From positions 94,254-158,253 of the forward strand of contig NIVC01001965.1 of NCBI GenBank assembly GCA_002269645.1: 64,000 nt of DNA. Reading direction: 5' to 3'. Positions 63,503-64,000 of this stretch are shown in pieces. The translations under genes were made by a program, and so were the position numbers. The notes beneath the pieces were generated by a model. That model saw only the letters and a list, made by a program, of their open reading frames with translations, was not told the DNA's origin and made no database searches. Origin of the DNA: Macrostomum lignano. Its lineage: Eukaryota. Numbering within the stretch: position 1 is the first letter of the stretch; the number at the start of each line of letters is the position of its first letter.

Positions 63503-64000
63503 GTATGTAAAATTGTTAAACAAATTAGCCCGACACTCAGTACAGCAATAAAACAGGCAGGTTTTACCACAGATACTAAAATAACTAGATGAGCCACTAT
63601 TCAGGCATATATACTTATTAAAACAGCTTTCTACTTTCAGTATAAAAATAAAGCCGGCTGAAATGACTTTGATAAGTTTAGAAGCCCAAGCTTGCAGGCG
63701 TAAACAGCTTGCTAATTGGTTCAGCAATAATGTACATTAGCCAGTCCACTGAAATGTACATGGCAGCTTTAGGCTGGAATTCCGAGAAAGGCAATAAAAT
63801 TGGGGCGGGGCGAGGGGGGTAGTGTGAAAAGGCGCGGTTGGAGGGTTTAGCTAGAGGGTAAGAGCCAATAAATGAGCCTTGGCTATAAAAATACATTAAA
63901 ATGCTTACTGTCTAACCTACTACTGAACTGAAAGTAGCTTGCACGCAAATGTGCTGAGTGGCCCATCTAGTTCTTCTAGTACCTGTGAGTTTACTAATAT

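Overview
Eukaryotic (animal) genomic DNA. GC-rich exons sit between AT-rich DNA, MITEs, SINEs and about 25 different micro/minisatellite arrays that fill the introns. This architecture suggests a flatworm such as Macrostomum, which is an inference only. Well-supported genes: an intronless Apaf-1-like CARD/NB-ARC/WD40 gene (+); a 3-exon RCC1L/WBSCR16 gene (+) with no genomic in-frame ATG; a 2-exon neuropeptide precursor with six xWSSSFamide copies (+); a Mint/X11/APBA PTB-PDZ-PDZ gene (-); a 2-exon PRKX/Pka-C3-type kinase (+) with two homopolymer frameshifts; an unknown, probably secreted protein nested antisense in the PRKX intron (-); and the start of a claudin/PMP22-like membrane protein (+). 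The most interesting items are the unassigned WSSSFamide peptide family, the nested secreted protein with a possible Cyt/volvatoxin-like topology, and a likely spliced-leader-donated start codon for RCC1L. No CRISPR array, rRNA or intact tRNA gene was seen.
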